Shown: positions 37,295 through 47,852 of the stretch, piece after piece | Layout of the letters: the number at the start of each line of letters is the position of its first letter | How positions within the stretch are numbered: position 1 is the first letter of the stretch | Origin: an uncultured bacterium | GTDB taxonomy: Bacteria > Cyanobacteriota > Vampirovibrionia > Gastranaerophilales > JAILCC01 | DNA length: 64,000 nt | Direction: 5' to 3' | NCBI GenBank assembly: GCA_949283935.1 | Contig: CASDUJ010000003.1 | Coordinates: 30,920-94,919 of the forward strand | Notes under the pieces: generated by a model | What the model saw: only the letters and a program-made list of their open reading frames with translations | Told to the model about the DNA's origin: nothing | The model's database searches: none | Program-made: the position numbers and the translations under genes

Positions 37295-37936
37295 TTAATC
37301 TTTTAGCGATTCTATCGCTCTTTTTACATCAGGAGCCTGATATATATAGTTTCCAGCTACAAGAACATTTGCGCCATTAGCAACGGCAATTTTGGCAGTT
37401 CTTTCATTTATTCCACCATCAACTTCCAAATAAATATTTGCCAAATTTAATGATTTATAATATTTTAGTTTCATTGCACAATCAGCAATAAATTCTTGCC
37501 CGCCAAATCCAGGCTCAACAGTCATCACTAAAATTAAATCTAAATAATCATACAAGGGATCTAAAACTTTAGCTAATGTTTTTGGTTTAATTGAAATTCC
37601 AGCCTTCATTCCATTACTTTTTATCAAGTTTAAAACTTCTTTTGGATTTGGAACTGTTTCATAATGTATGGTTAAAATATTAGCACCTGCCAAAGCAAAT
37701 GCTTCTATATATTTTTGCGGTTTTTCTATCATTAAATGCACATCAAGTGGTAATTTTGTTACGTTTTTTATTGATTTCACAACAGGCACACCAATTGAAA
37801 TATTTGGAACAAAATGTCCATCCATCACATCTACATGAATCCAATCAGCATTGGCTTTTTCAACTTTATTAATATCTCGCTCAAGATTTGCAAAATCAGC
37901 AGATAAAATTGATGGTGCTACAAGAATATTAGACAT
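37295..37936 (-). CDS. rpe: Ribulose-phosphate 3-epimerase
   Basis: APSILSADF, HVDVMDGHFVPN, MTVEPGFGGQ, VDGGI motifs. 213 aa. Confidence 0.9.
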   Translation of the reverse strand: MSNILVAPSILSADFANLERDINKVEKANADWIHVDVMDGHFVPNISIGVPVVKSIKNVTKLPLDVHLMIEKPQKYIEAFALAGANILTIHYETVPNPKEVLNLIKSNGMKAGISIKPKTLAKVLDPLYDYLDLILVMTVEPGFGGQEFIADCAMKLKYYKSLNLANIYLEVDGGINERTAKIAVANGANVLVAGNYIYQAPDVKRAIESLKD

Positions 37937-38672
37937 TATTTTCTCCTTGTTGTTTAATTAGTCCAAGTTTTGCGCAAGCTTTTTTAGCTGCTTCTTTTTG
38001 CGCAGTTTTTTTAGTTACTCCACTGCCTGAAGCTAAAAAATCATTTTCAAAAAATACATCTACATAAAAAGTTCTATTATGCGGAGGACCTTCTTGTTTA
38101 GTCAAAATATAACTAGGAACAGAATTAGAAATAGATTGAAAATATTCTTGCAAAAGAGCCTTATAGTTGCTTTTAGCTCCATCTGCATCTACAGAAGTAA
38201 CCTCAGAATCGAAAAGTTTTTCCAATAATTTATAAGATTGTTTTAGCCCATCTTCAAGATATAAAGCTCCTAAAAATGCTTCAAAAGCACAAGCTATAGT
38301 AGAACTACGCCATCTACCTCCATTGTTTTCTTCTGAGTAGCCTAAAATTAAATATTCTGGTAATTTAATTTTTCTTGCAATTTTGTCCAAGGTCTCATCG
38401 CTCACAATATAAGAACGTATCTGGGATAAGTCTCCTTCGTTATAACTAGGAAATCTTTTGTATAAATAATCACTTATTATTATTTTTAAAACAGCATCAC
38501 CCAAAAATTCTAAACGTTCATTGCACAATTCATATGGAAAATTATTTTCTCTGCAAAATGAACTGTGAGTTAATGCAATATTAACATTTTCTAGTGGTAT
38601 TTTTATATCAATAGAATCTAAAAATTCTTTTAATTGTTTTATTCTGTTTGGCTCAATCATATTTGTAATCAT
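37929..38672 (-). CDS. rnc: Ribonuclease III
   Basis: RNase III signature ERLEFLGDAVL and a C-terminal dsRBD (GPPHNRTFYV...GSGVTKKTAQKEAAKKA). Confidence 0.9.
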   Translation of the reverse strand: MITNMIEPNRIKQLKEFLDSIDIKIPLENVNIALTHSSFCRENNFPYELCNERLEFLGDAVLKIIISDYLYKRFPSYNEGDLSQIRSYIVSDETLDKIARKIKLPEYLILGYSEENNGGRWRSSTIACAFEAFLGALYLEDGLKQSYKLLEKLFDSEVTSVDADGAKSNYKALLQEYFQSISNSVPSYILTKQEGPPHNRTFYVDVFFENDFLASGSGVTKKTAQKEAAKKACAKLGLIKQQGENNV

Positions 38673-38729
38673 ACAATAAATCTTATGCAGAAGCTATATT
38701 TATTAATAAAATAATTCTAGGACGCGCAA

Positions 38730-41700
38730 TTATTTATCTTCGTTATTTTCAATTAATTCTTTTATAATATTTACGGGTAAATTATTTCGTTTAAATTCAT
38801 TTTTTTTGCTGTAGCTAAATTTTAATCCCTTTTTGGCTCTAGTAATTGCTACATATATCAAACGCAATGTTTCCTCAATTTCTTCTTTTGCGATTTGCGA
38901 AACAACCGGTTCTTTTCCATAAAGCAATTTGTCTAATTTAGATAAAAGACTTTTTTTGCGTTTTTGGATACGTGAAGCAGATTGAGAAAAATTTAAAGTA
39001 TAGTTAAAATCTGTAAATTCTGGTAAATAAACATAATCAAATTCTGCTCCCTTTGCTTTATGTATTGTCATAATTTGAACAAAACCTTTTAAATCTTCAT
39101 CTTCATCCTCTTTTGCAAATAAATTTATACCTTTTAAAGTATTTTGAGAAAATAAATTTTTAAAATATTTTATCATATCAGGTATGTAATTTAAACAAAA
39201 CTTATCGTCAGAAATAAGTGTATTTGTGTAACGTTTTATCAAAACAGAAAAAAGATACGCATTAGATTTGTCTACAATATCTGTAAAATAACGTGTTGCA
39301 CAAGCAATTACAATTTCTTGAATATCTAATGTTCTACTTTCTACTATAGAAAATGCTTCCCACCAAAAATTTTCAGCATCTTTATTGTTTCTAAAAATTG
39401 AATTTTTAAAATAACTAGGATTTAAAAATATATTTTCGCTCTTTTCTATAAAATCATGAAAATTTTTATCAAATTTGTAATAATCTATACTGCAAAATTC
39501 TTTGTAAAATTTGGCAACAATCTTATTGTCCCAAGGTCTTAAAAAAAGTTCCATTGCACACAAAATAAAGTTAAAAACCTTTTTTTGTCTGTAACTATCG
39601 CCTCTGCATAATACTTTTGTACCTTGTTTTTCAATAAAATTAGCCCAAATTGATACTTGCTTATTTGTCCGCAAAAGAATTGCAATAGAAGGAAGCTTTT
39701 CTCCAACTGATAACTTAGTTTTTATGTCATTTAAAATCATTTCTTTTTCGTCTATAGGTTCAGCAACTTCATAATATGAAATTCTATCAGCAGAAATTGG
39801 ATTTTTTCCTTTTACTTCTTGCATCTTTAAATCATAAAATGCATCTTTCATAAAATGTATTTTTTTTGTGTAACTTATAAGTGAATTAGCTAATTCATAT
39901 ATATTTTTTGAACATCTTTGAGAACGAAACATTTCAATTTTTTTGTTATCTTTTATAAATTTTTTAAATCCATTTACATCAGAATTACTAAAAGTCCCCA
40001 AAATTGCTTGGTTAACATCTCCACATCGGATTATGTTATTGTATTTTCCACTAAGTATAGAAATAAATTTTTGCTGAATAATACTTGAATCTTGAGCTTC
40101 GTCTTCAATAATAAATTTGAATTTTTCCTGATAATAATTTGCAACATCAGAATTATTAAGTAAAAGCGAGATTGCATAAATTAATAAATCATCATAATCC
40201 AGCAAAGCCTTTTCTTTAAGTTTTTGTTTGTATTTTGTATAAACCAAAATAAAATCTTGTAAGAAAATATCTCGCTTAAATTTATTGTTGAAAATTTTAT
40301 CTTCTAATCCATTCATTTTTACTTTGGAAATAGCTGATAAAACTAAAGAAGCCCATTCTTCAAGATTTTCGCCTATTGGTAAGTTAAAAGCACATATTTC
40401 TTTTAAAATTGCAGTTTTCAGAGCATCATCACAAATAGAAAAATCCTCCGGTAAATTTACCAAAGCATAATTATTATTTTCCATCAATATTTTGTATGCA
40501 AAAGCATGAATTGTACTAATTTGAGGCAAATTAATCCTTGCAGAAGTTATTTTTTTAAATTTATTCAAAAAATTACGAGCTGCAGATTCCATATAAGTTA
40601 AAACTAATATTTCGGAAGGATTTACTCCATTTTGTATAAGTTCAAACAAAAGAGCTAACATAACCGTAGTTTTTCCAGCACCAGGAACAGCTGGAACCGC
40701 AAGCTTTCCTGCTTTATATTTCAATATTTCTTTTTGGTCATCTCTTGGAGTAAATTCAAATTTTTTTCCCATTTGCTCTTCTAATAATACAAAATTTGCA
40801 AGTTCTCCATAATTTTCACGACCAGATACATCGTATACACTTGAATAAGCAATAATTTTTTCTTTCGCACAAAGCATAAGCTTACGCAAAAGACTTGCTG
40901 CCTTTTCTAAAGTTAATTTTTTGTTCAATTCGGTTGTGTATTTAATTTCATTAAAATTTTTCTGAAAAACCCAAGAATTATATATAGTTCCTGTGTCTTC
41001 TTTAATCCATTCAGAAGAAGTTATATCTAACCAAATTTGATAATCACTTTCCAGAGAAAAATCTACAATTTTTTGAGCAGTAGACAAAATTAATGCATTT
41101 TCATCAATATGAGCAGGTTTAGATGGATTCTGAGAAACAATTGAACTTTTTATATGCAACAACCAATCTTTTGGGGTAAGGGTTATTTGGTAATATTCCC
41201 TAAAATTTTCTTTAATTTTTTCAAATTCATTAATAGACTTCAAAAAGAGATTTATAGGCTCAAAATCAGCATTGAACTTCATATTAGGAGCAATTAAAAC
41301 AGCAAAAATTTTCTCAAATTGAGTCAATATAGATTCACTCTTAAGTTTTTCATTATTTAACAAATCAATTAAATTGTTATAGGCAAGATATTCTGTATCA
41401 CTTTTATTAAGTAAAAAACCATTTTTTTCGTAGTCTACTATAAACTGTTGACATTCAAAAATAGGAAGCCCTAATATTTCATTTAGCAAAATTCTTACAT
41501 CAAAAGAATTAGGTTTCATTCCCCAATGAGGATTTAACAACTCTAAAATAGTTATGGTAGCATAAACATAAAGATCTTCAGTAATTTTACTATTACCGGT
41601 TAAAAGTTGAAGTTTTATATTTTTACTCTTGAAAAATTCATTTAAAGAATAAATAAGATTTTCATCAATTAATGGAGTAATTATTTGAATTTTAGAAATA

Positions 41701-42677
41701 TTAACACCTTTAGCAAGTAATTCTAAAATTTTTTGGGTTGCTGCCTCTACCATTTCTAATCTTTTTGAAAATGAATGTATTTCAAAATTGTTTAATCTTA
41801 ATTTTTTATTTGAAACAATATTTTGTGCCAAATTTTCTGCATCTTCTAATAATTTAGGCTTAAAAGCTAACATTTTTTCAGTAGGTTTAAATTCATTTAC
41901 TAAATCTTTGTAAACATTAGTATAAGCACACAAATAACCTTTTCTAGAACAGCCATTTTTGTCTAAGTAAATATTACTTTGAGTATTTTCTATCATAAAT
42001 TTACAAAATTCAAAAGCTGCAAAATTATATTCGTCCACATCATCCGCAAAAAAATATTCAATTTTATTAAAATCTTTAATTAAACCTTTTTTTAGTAAAA
42101 ACATAAAAGAAGAAATTTGCTTCAAATTATCAAAAATTCTATTTTGAGAAGATCTAATTTTGTAGTTATTTATTGCACTAGCAGCATTAGCAGCAAAGCT
42201 TTCTCCAATAATTTGAGATTTTTGAATAATTTCTTTTTCTGAAAGAGAATTTTCTACAATAAGTTTGTATCTGCGCAAAAGCTGATGCATAAGATTTTTT
42301 TTAGAAAAATAATCTTTAAAATCTTCTTCTTTTATAATATTTCTGAAAAAATATTGTGCAATATCTAATCCACTTAAAGTTGGATAAATCAATGTTTTCC
42401 CATTTTTTTCAGATAATATTTTTTCTATATTTACCCAATTTCGTTGAACTGAATTATAAACAATACCTGAAAAAGTAGAAATATTTATTTGCGAATATCC
42501 ACAACTTTTATTGGCAAAAAGAATATCATTTATTTGAGACAATATTTTTTCTTTTTTATAACTATTCAGACAAAGTATTAAAATTTTATCAGTATTTACG
42601 CCTGACAAAATTAAATCAGAAACTTGTTTTGCCAACAAATTTATTTTTAAATTCCCATCACACCCGCTAATTATCAT
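38730..42677 (-). CDS. UvrD/PcrA-type SF1 helicase, 1315 aa: degenerate helicase-like N-terminal half plus intact C-terminal helicase half
   Basis: C-half: Walker A AVPGAGKTTV (aa 665-672), DEAQD (IIEDEAQDSS), TIHKAKGAEFDYVYLP, VAITRAKKGL. N-half: Walker-A position reads ISGCDGNLKI, DEYN at the motif II position. No RecB-type nuclease tail. Confidence 0.8.
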   Translation of the reverse strand: MIISGCDGNLKINLLAKQVSDLILSGVNTDKILILCLNSYKKEKILSQINDILFANKSCGYSQINISTFSGIVYNSVQRNWVNIEKILSEKNGKTLIYPTLSGLDIAQYFFRNIIKEEDFKDYFSKKNLMHQLLRRYKLIVENSLSEKEIIQKSQIIGESFAANAASAINNYKIRSSQNRIFDNLKQISSFMFLLKKGLIKDFNKIEYFFADDVDEYNFAAFEFCKFMIENTQSNIYLDKNGCSRKGYLCAYTNVYKDLVNEFKPTEKMLAFKPKLLEDAENLAQNIVSNKKLRLNNFEIHSFSKRLEMVEAATQKILELLAKGVNISKIQIITPLIDENLIYSLNEFFKSKNIKLQLLTGNSKITEDLYVYATITILELLNPHWGMKPNSFDVRILLNEILGLPIFECQQFIVDYEKNGFLLNKSDTEYLAYNNLIDLLNNEKLKSESILTQFEKIFAVLIAPNMKFNADFEPINLFLKSINEFEKIKENFREYYQITLTPKDWLLHIKSSIVSQNPSKPAHIDENALILSTAQKIVDFSLESDYQIWLDITSSEWIKEDTGTIYNSWVFQKNFNEIKYTTELNKKLTLEKAASLLRKLMLCAKEKIIAYSSVYDVSGRENYGELANFVLLEEQMGKKFEFTPRDDQKEILKYKAGKLAVPAVPGAGKTTVMLALLFELIQNGVNPSEILVLTYMESAARNFLNKFKKITSARINLPQISTIHAFAYKILMENNNYALVNLPEDFSICDDALKTAILKEICAFNLPIGENLEEWASLVLSAISKVKMNGLEDKIFNNKFKRDIFLQDFILVYTKYKQKLKEKALLDYDDLLIYAISLLLNNSDVANYYQEKFKFIIEDEAQDSSIIQQKFISILSGKYNNIIRCGDVNQAILGTFSNSDVNGFKKFIKDNKKIEMFRSQRCSKNIYELANSLISYTKKIHFMKDAFYDLKMQEVKGKNPISADRISYYEVAEPIDEKEMILNDIKTKLSVGEKLPSIAILLRTNKQVSIWANFIEKQGTKVLCRGDSYRQKKVFNFILCAMELFLRPWDNKIVAKFYKEFCSIDYYKFDKNFHDFIEKSENIFLNPSYFKNSIFRNNKDAENFWWEAFSIVESRTLDIQEIVIACATRYFTDIVDKSNAYLFSVLIKRYTNTLISDDKFCLNYIPDMIKYFKNLFSQNTLKGINLFAKEDEDEDLKGFVQIMTIHKAKGAEFDYVYLPEFTDFNYTLNFSQSASRIQKRKKSLLSKLDKLLYGKEPVVSQIAKEEIEETLRLIYVAITRAKKGLKFSYSKKNEFKRNNLPVNIIKELIENNEDK

Positions 42678-42822
42678 AATTGCATTATATCACACAGAGC
42701 AAACTATAAAAGAACAAATAAATTTCTATGAAACAAATACATTTGTCTATCGTCTACATGGGTAATTACACAACAAATTGTTGTACATTTTATTTAGTTT
42801 AGAAGTATAAAAAGGAACCAAT

Positions 42823-43755
42823 ATGATAATAAACAATAATATTTACAATAATTTAGAACAAGATAGTTTTATTACTAATGAAGATGAAATTAAAACATTC
42901 AATTATTTAAAATCTGATAATTCAGATGATGTACTTCAAATGTATCTTAAAGATATAGGCAAGAAAAAAATGCTAAAAGTACAAGAAGAAATGGAAATTG
43001 CACAATTAATTAAAGAAGGTAATCCAAAACAATCAAAAACTGCTCGAGACAAACTAATACAAGCAAATCTTCGCCTCGTTGTAAGTATTGCCAAAAAATA
43101 CGTAGGACAAGGAGTATTATTTATGGATTTGGTTCAAGAAGGTAGTCTGGGCTTAATTAAAGCAGCAGAAAAATTTGATTACAAAAGAGGCTTCAAGTTC
43201 TCAACTTATGCAACTTGGTGGATAAGACAAACAATAATAAGAGCTATAGCAAATCATTCTAAAACAATCAGAATTCCAGTTCACATGTCAGAAAAAATAA
43301 GAAACTATAAACGTGTACACTCAGAACTTTCTGCAAAATTAAATAGAGAACCAACAGATACAGAACTTGCTTCACAATTAAATGTTACTCAAGAAAAACT
43401 TTTTCACATAAGAAAAGCTATGTCAAGAGAACCTATGAGTCTTGATATGCCAATAGGAGATGAAATTAATCTAGAAGACTACATACCAGATGACGAAACA
43501 AAAAATCCAGATATTAAAATAGAAAAATCTTTGCTCCAAACGGACATGAATGAAATATTGAAAATTTTAACAAATAGAGAACAAGAAATCATTAAACAAC
43601 GTTTTGGCTTAGGTAACAGTAAAACAAAAACTTTAGAAGAGCTTGGAACAAAATTAGGATTTTCCAAAGAACGAATACGCCAGATAGAAGAAAAAGCCGT
43701 ACGAAAATTAAGATTTTCTCCTGAAGCAAAACATTTAAAAGATTATTTGAAATAA
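42823..43755 (+). CDS. RpoD-family (group 1/2) sigma-70 factor, 310 aa, no long region 1.1
   Basis: Region 1.2/2 [57 protein letters not shown]. Region 4 [23 protein letters not shown]. Confidence 0.9.
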   Translation: MIINNNIYNNLEQDSFITNEDEIKTFNYLKSDNSDDVLQMYLKDIGKKKMLKVQEEMEIAQLIKEGNPKQSKTARDKLIQANLRLVVSIAKKYVGQGVLFMDLVQEGSLGLIKAAEKFDYKRGFKFSTYATWWIRQTIIRAIANHSKTIRIPVHMSEKIRNYKRVHSELSAKLNREPTDTELASQLNVTQEKLFHIRKAMSREPMSLDMPIGDEINLEDYIPDDETKNPDIKIEKSLLQTDMNEILKILTNREQEIIKQRFGLGNSKTKTLEELGTKLGFSKERIRQIEEKAVRKLRFSPEAKHLKDYLK

Positions 43756-43757
43756 AT

Positions 43758-45674
43758 TTACACTATTTTTTTGAGAATTTTTATTACTCGCGGATTCCAT
43801 TTTTTTCCTGCGCCTTCTTCGAGAATTTTGAATGCATTTTCTTTGGAGAAGGCTTTTCTATATGGACGTTGACTTGTAAGAGCAAAATAAGCATTTACTG
43901 CAACCAAAATAGCTGTTCCCAATGGAATTTCTTCTCCTCTCAAAATACCAGGGAAACCTGAGCCATCATAATATTCATTCCAATGTTCTAACAAAGCAAT
44001 GATATTAGAAGCTGTTCCTACAGGAGCTAATATTTCTTTTGCAGCAACAAGAGGATGTTTCAAGATTTCATCTTTTTCACTATCACTTAAAGGACCTTCT
44101 TTTAACAAAATACTTTCAGGAAGCATAACATTACTTATGTCAAAAACCATCGCAGCCATTTTGAATTTGTCTATATCTTCAGGAGTAACATCTAAAGCTT
44201 TTGCTACTTTTACAATAAGCTCTATTTTTTCTTTAATATTGCCTCTTTGGTAAAAAGGCTTATAAATATTAACAAATTCATCTATAACAAGAAAAATAAT
44301 ATCATCAATATTTTTATCATTAGTATTTGTATTTTTAAGTTTTTCAATTAATTCTTCAGAAAGCTTTTCATCTAAAGGTATCATACGTTGCGCCAAAAGA
44401 TGTATTAGCGAATCAAGAGCCTGCCTTTTCCATATATTTTCATCCCAAGCTTGAGCAATTTGCACTTGATTTCTTCCATTTCTTTTTGCACGATACATAG
44501 CTTGGTCAACCAATTCAACCAATTCTTGAACATTATCACTATGCGTTAAAAGAGTTCCTACACCAATACTGGCAGTAATTTGCCCTACACCTTCAAGAGG
44601 AGTACTTTCTATAGCAACTCTCATCCTTTCTGCAGCAATTTTTCCTCCTTCTATATCAACTCCAGGAAGAATTACTCCAAATTCTTCGCCACCAAAACGA
44701 GAAGGAATATCTATTACCCTTGCATTTTGCTTCAATACAGTCGCAATACCTATAATTGCAGCATCACCTGCAGAATGACCAAAATTATCATTTATACTTT
44801 TTAAATGATCCAAATCTAAGGTTATTAACGTAAAAGGTTGTTTTAAGCGTAAAGAACGCTTGGCCTCGTTGACAAGGCATTGATCAAAATGTCTTCGGTT
44901 ATATAAACCAGTTAATCCATCAGTTATTGCTTGTTGTTTTATAGTTTGAAATAAATCTGCAATAGTTACAGCTAATTCTATTTGCTTTGCAAACAAATTC
45001 AAAAAGTTCATTTCTGTATCACCTATTTCTTTTCTTGGAGAAATTACAAGCAAACAACCAAAAACTTTCTTTTGAAAAATAATTGGAATTAAAACAACAG
45101 CTTTATCTGCAAGTATATCTTTTAGTTCTTTAGCTTTGGATGGATTAATGTCAAAATTTGTTCCTATAAATAAATCCTCAAAATTTTTTACTATAACAAT
45201 TTCTTTATCCGAAATAGCTTTTATCAGAAGATTTTCTTTGTTTTTTACAGAAACAGAAAAATCTGAAACATTTTTATTTAATAAATTTTTTATACTTTTC
45301 ATACTATCAGTTAATGAATTTTCTCTTATTTTTAAATAAGCATCTTTTCCATCACCAAAAAGTTGAAAAATAGCAGCACTTAAATAACCCAAATTTTGCG
45401 TCATTCCTTGGGCAATAGTTCGCAAAACTTCATTTAAAGGTTCAGAAGAATTCATTGTGCTCCATATATTTTGCAAAGTCAAAATACTCTTATTAGCTTG
45501 CTGTAATTCTTCCATTCTTTGCGTAATTTCAAGCTGTAATGCCGCATTCTTTTCCATTACTTGGGAAAAAGTTAAACGTTCTTCGCTTACAACATTTTCA
45601 AATTCATTAATTTTTTCTTTGTAGCTTTTTATTTTGTTAAAAAATTTTGAAAAAATCATTTCCCACCCACACAA
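43758..45674 (-). CDS. GAF-GGDEF protein with I-site and C-terminal degenerate HD-GYP domain
   Basis: RVIDIPSRFGGEEF (RxxD I-site plus GGEEF, aa 319-331). The C-terminal HD-GYP-like region has FDISN in place of HDIGK and EHWNEYYDGSGFP in place of HHExxDGxGYP. Confidence 0.8.
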   Translation of the reverse strand: MCGWEMIFSKFFNKIKSYKEKINEFENVVSEERLTFSQVMEKNAALQLEITQRMEELQQANKSILTLQNIWSTMNSSEPLNEVLRTIAQGMTQNLGYLSAAIFQLFGDGKDAYLKIRENSLTDSMKSIKNLLNKNVSDFSVSVKNKENLLIKAISDKEIVIVKNFEDLFIGTNFDINPSKAKELKDILADKAVVLIPIIFQKKVFGCLLVISPRKEIGDTEMNFLNLFAKQIELAVTIADLFQTIKQQAITDGLTGLYNRRHFDQCLVNEAKRSLRLKQPFTLITLDLDHLKSINDNFGHSAGDAAIIGIATVLKQNARVIDIPSRFGGEEFGVILPGVDIEGGKIAAERMRVAIESTPLEGVGQITASIGVGTLLTHSDNVQELVELVDQAMYRAKRNGRNQVQIAQAWDENIWKRQALDSLIHLLAQRMIPLDEKLSEELIEKLKNTNTNDKNIDDIIFLVIDEFVNIYKPFYQRGNIKEKIELIVKVAKALDVTPEDIDKFKMAAMVFDISNVMLPESILLKEGPLSDSEKDEILKHPLVAAKEILAPVGTASNIIALLEHWNEYYDGSGFPGILRGEEIPLGTAILVAVNAYFALTSQRPYRKAFSKENAFKILEEGAGKKWNPRVIKILKKIV

Positions 45675-45682
45675 TGTGTAAA

Positions 45683-47395
45683 TTATACACTATCACTATT
45701 TAAATAATCAAGAGTAAGTTTATAAGCTTTTTCAGGTTCAACTTTTTCCATATTCCCGGACATGCGCAATTTAAATTCAACTAATCCTTCTTTTATAGTT
45801 TTCCCTATTGTAATTCTTACAGGAATACCTATTAAATCTGCATCTTTGAATTTTACTCCGGCTCTTTCGTCTCTGTCGTCTAACAAAACTTCTATGCCGG
45901 CATTCTGAAATTTTTCATATAATTCATTCGCCACTTTCATTTGAAGCTCATCCAACACATTTACAGGAATAATTATTATCTCATAAGGAGCAATTTGCTT
46001 TGGCCATTTAATTCCAAATTCATCATGGAATTTTTCTACAGCTGCTGCAGCAGTTCTGGAGACACCTATCCCATAACACCCCATAATAAAGGGTTTCTCG
46101 ACTCCATCTACATCACTAAATTTCGCATTCATTTTTTCTGAATATTTAGTTCCTAATTGAAAAATATTTCCTACTTCTATTCCTTGAGTTATTTTCAAAG
46201 GTTTTCCGCAAATTGGGCAAGCTTCACCTTTTTGGGAAAGTCTTACATCAAAAAGTTCAGGTAAATCAAAATCTATGCCCCAATTTGCACCAATATAATG
46301 AACATCTGCTTTGTTTGCACCAATTACAAAGTTTTTTAGATCTTTTACACTATAATCAGCAATTACTTTACATTTAACATGCTTTAAACCTACAAAACCT
46401 GCCTCAACTCCAAGATATTCTTTTATTTCTAAAGCACTAGCTATTCTGAGTTCATTTGCTCGAAGAACATTTTTTAATTTTGTTTCTTCTAAATTTTGAT
46501 CTCCTCTAATCATTATTAAAACAGGATTTTCGTCTACTATATAAACTATAGACTTACAAATTACGGATGGTTCAATTTTCAAAAATTCACTTAGTTGTTC
46601 TATCGTTTTGATGTTTGGAGTAGAAACAAGTTCAAATTTTGTATAACCTCCATTTGTTACAGCAGGAAGCATTTCAGTTTTTGCGTGATTTGTATTTGAT
46701 GCATAATCACAATTTTCACAATAAAGGACGTCATTTTCACCACTATCTGTCTCTACTAATACCATAAACTCATGGCTTAAGCTTCCACCTATTGCCCCAG
46801 AATCACTTCTAACCATTCTTGTTTCAAGTCCACAACGTTTAAATATACGAGTGTATGTTTGTGCCATAATTTCATAGGATTTTTCCAATCCTTCTTGGCT
46901 AGCATCAAAACTATAAGCATCTTTCATTATAAATTCACGTCCACGCAACAAACCAAAACGCGGACGAATTTCATCTCGGTATTTATTTTGAATTTGATAT
47001 AAATTCACAGGTAATTGTCTGTAAGAACGAATACCTTCTCTTGCAACCCAAGTAATAACCTCTTCATGCGTAGGGCCAAGAGCTAACATCCTATCATGCC
47101 TGTCTTTAAAGCGCATTAATTCTTTTCCGTAAACATCCCATCGACCTGATTCTTTCCATAATTCTTCAGGTTGAATAATAGGCATTAGTAATTCTTGTGC
47201 CCCAGAAGCATCCATTTCTTCTCTAATAATTTTTTCAACTTTTTTCAAAACTCTCCACATTAACGGAAGATATGTATAAACTCCATTTGTTAATTTCCTT
47301 ATAAAACCCGCTCTAACAAGCATTTTGTGACTTACGACTTCTGCATCAGAAGGAAAGTCCCTCAAAGTTTCCACAAATAATTTTGACATTTTCAT
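45683..47395 (-). CDS. proS: Prolyl-tRNA synthetase (bacterial type with INS editing domain)
   Basis: Class II motifs (FRDEIRPRFGLLRGREF, GCYGIGVSR). 570 aa from the ATG at 47395, which has a GAGG RBS; the track ORF begins at 47437. Confidence 0.95.
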   Translation of the reverse strand: MKMSKLFVETLRDFPSDAEVVSHKMLVRAGFIRKLTNGVYTYLPLMWRVLKKVEKIIREEMDASGAQELLMPIIQPEELWKESGRWDVYGKELMRFKDRHDRMLALGPTHEEVITWVAREGIRSYRQLPVNLYQIQNKYRDEIRPRFGLLRGREFIMKDAYSFDASQEGLEKSYEIMAQTYTRIFKRCGLETRMVRSDSGAIGGSLSHEFMVLVETDSGENDVLYCENCDYASNTNHAKTEMLPAVTNGGYTKFELVSTPNIKTIEQLSEFLKIEPSVICKSIVYIVDENPVLIMIRGDQNLEETKLKNVLRANELRIASALEIKEYLGVEAGFVGLKHVKCKVIADYSVKDLKNFVIGANKADVHYIGANWGIDFDLPELFDVRLSQKGEACPICGKPLKITQGIEVGNIFQLGTKYSEKMNAKFSDVDGVEKPFIMGCYGIGVSRTAAAAVEKFHDEFGIKWPKQIAPYEIIIIPVNVLDELQMKVANELYEKFQNAGIEVLLDDRDERAGVKFKDADLIGIPVRITIGKTIKEGLVEFKLRMSGNMEKVEPEKAYKLTLDYLNSDSV

Positions 47396-47601
47396 GATAC
47401 TATTCCTCTTTTCTCGTTTATAATACCAAAAAATCAAAAATACCGCTACTTAAAAGGCAAAGAAACTACTATTTGTTATGTTGCATACTATAAAAATATA
47501 AAACACAAAAACATAACAACAATCAAAAATATCAATAAAAAAAACAAAATTATCAACACTCATGTACATTTTAATAAAAACGAAACACTAGTTCCAAGAA
47601 A

Positions 47602-47632
47602 CAAAAAAACCTCCCACATCATACGGGGAAGT
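47602..47632 (-). terminator. Terminator after tRNA-Asn: ACTTCCC-loop-GGGAGGT followed by TTTTTTT
   Basis: 7-bp stem including one G-U pair (47609-47615 / 47626-47632). T-run corresponds to 47602-47608. Confidence 0.6.
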
Positions 47633-47647
47633 TAAAAAGTTTTAAAA

Positions 47648-47719
<72 letters not shown>

Positions 47720-47736
47720 TTACCCTTCACAATTTG

Positions 47737-47764
47737 ATTATAACAAAAGAATTTTTATTGTAAA
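47737..47764 (-). promoter_or_regulatory. Promoter TTTACA-16-TATAAT for tRNA-Asn
   Basis: Minus-strand reading: TTTACA ataaaaattcttttgt TATAAT, ending 17 nt before the mature tRNA 5' end. Confidence 0.5.
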
Positions 47765-47852
47765 GTGTGAATTTTTTTTATTAAAAATAATCTTTGATTG
47801 TACATCTAAAAGGTCTGTATTAGAATATAAATGGTTTTACACAAAAGAGAAT

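Noticed and set aside
42770-42784. Short dyad ACAACAAATTGTTGT upstream of the sigma-factor gene as an operator
   Set aside because: It has 5-bp arms in AT-rich DNA, there is only a single occurrence in the window, and there is no supporting context.
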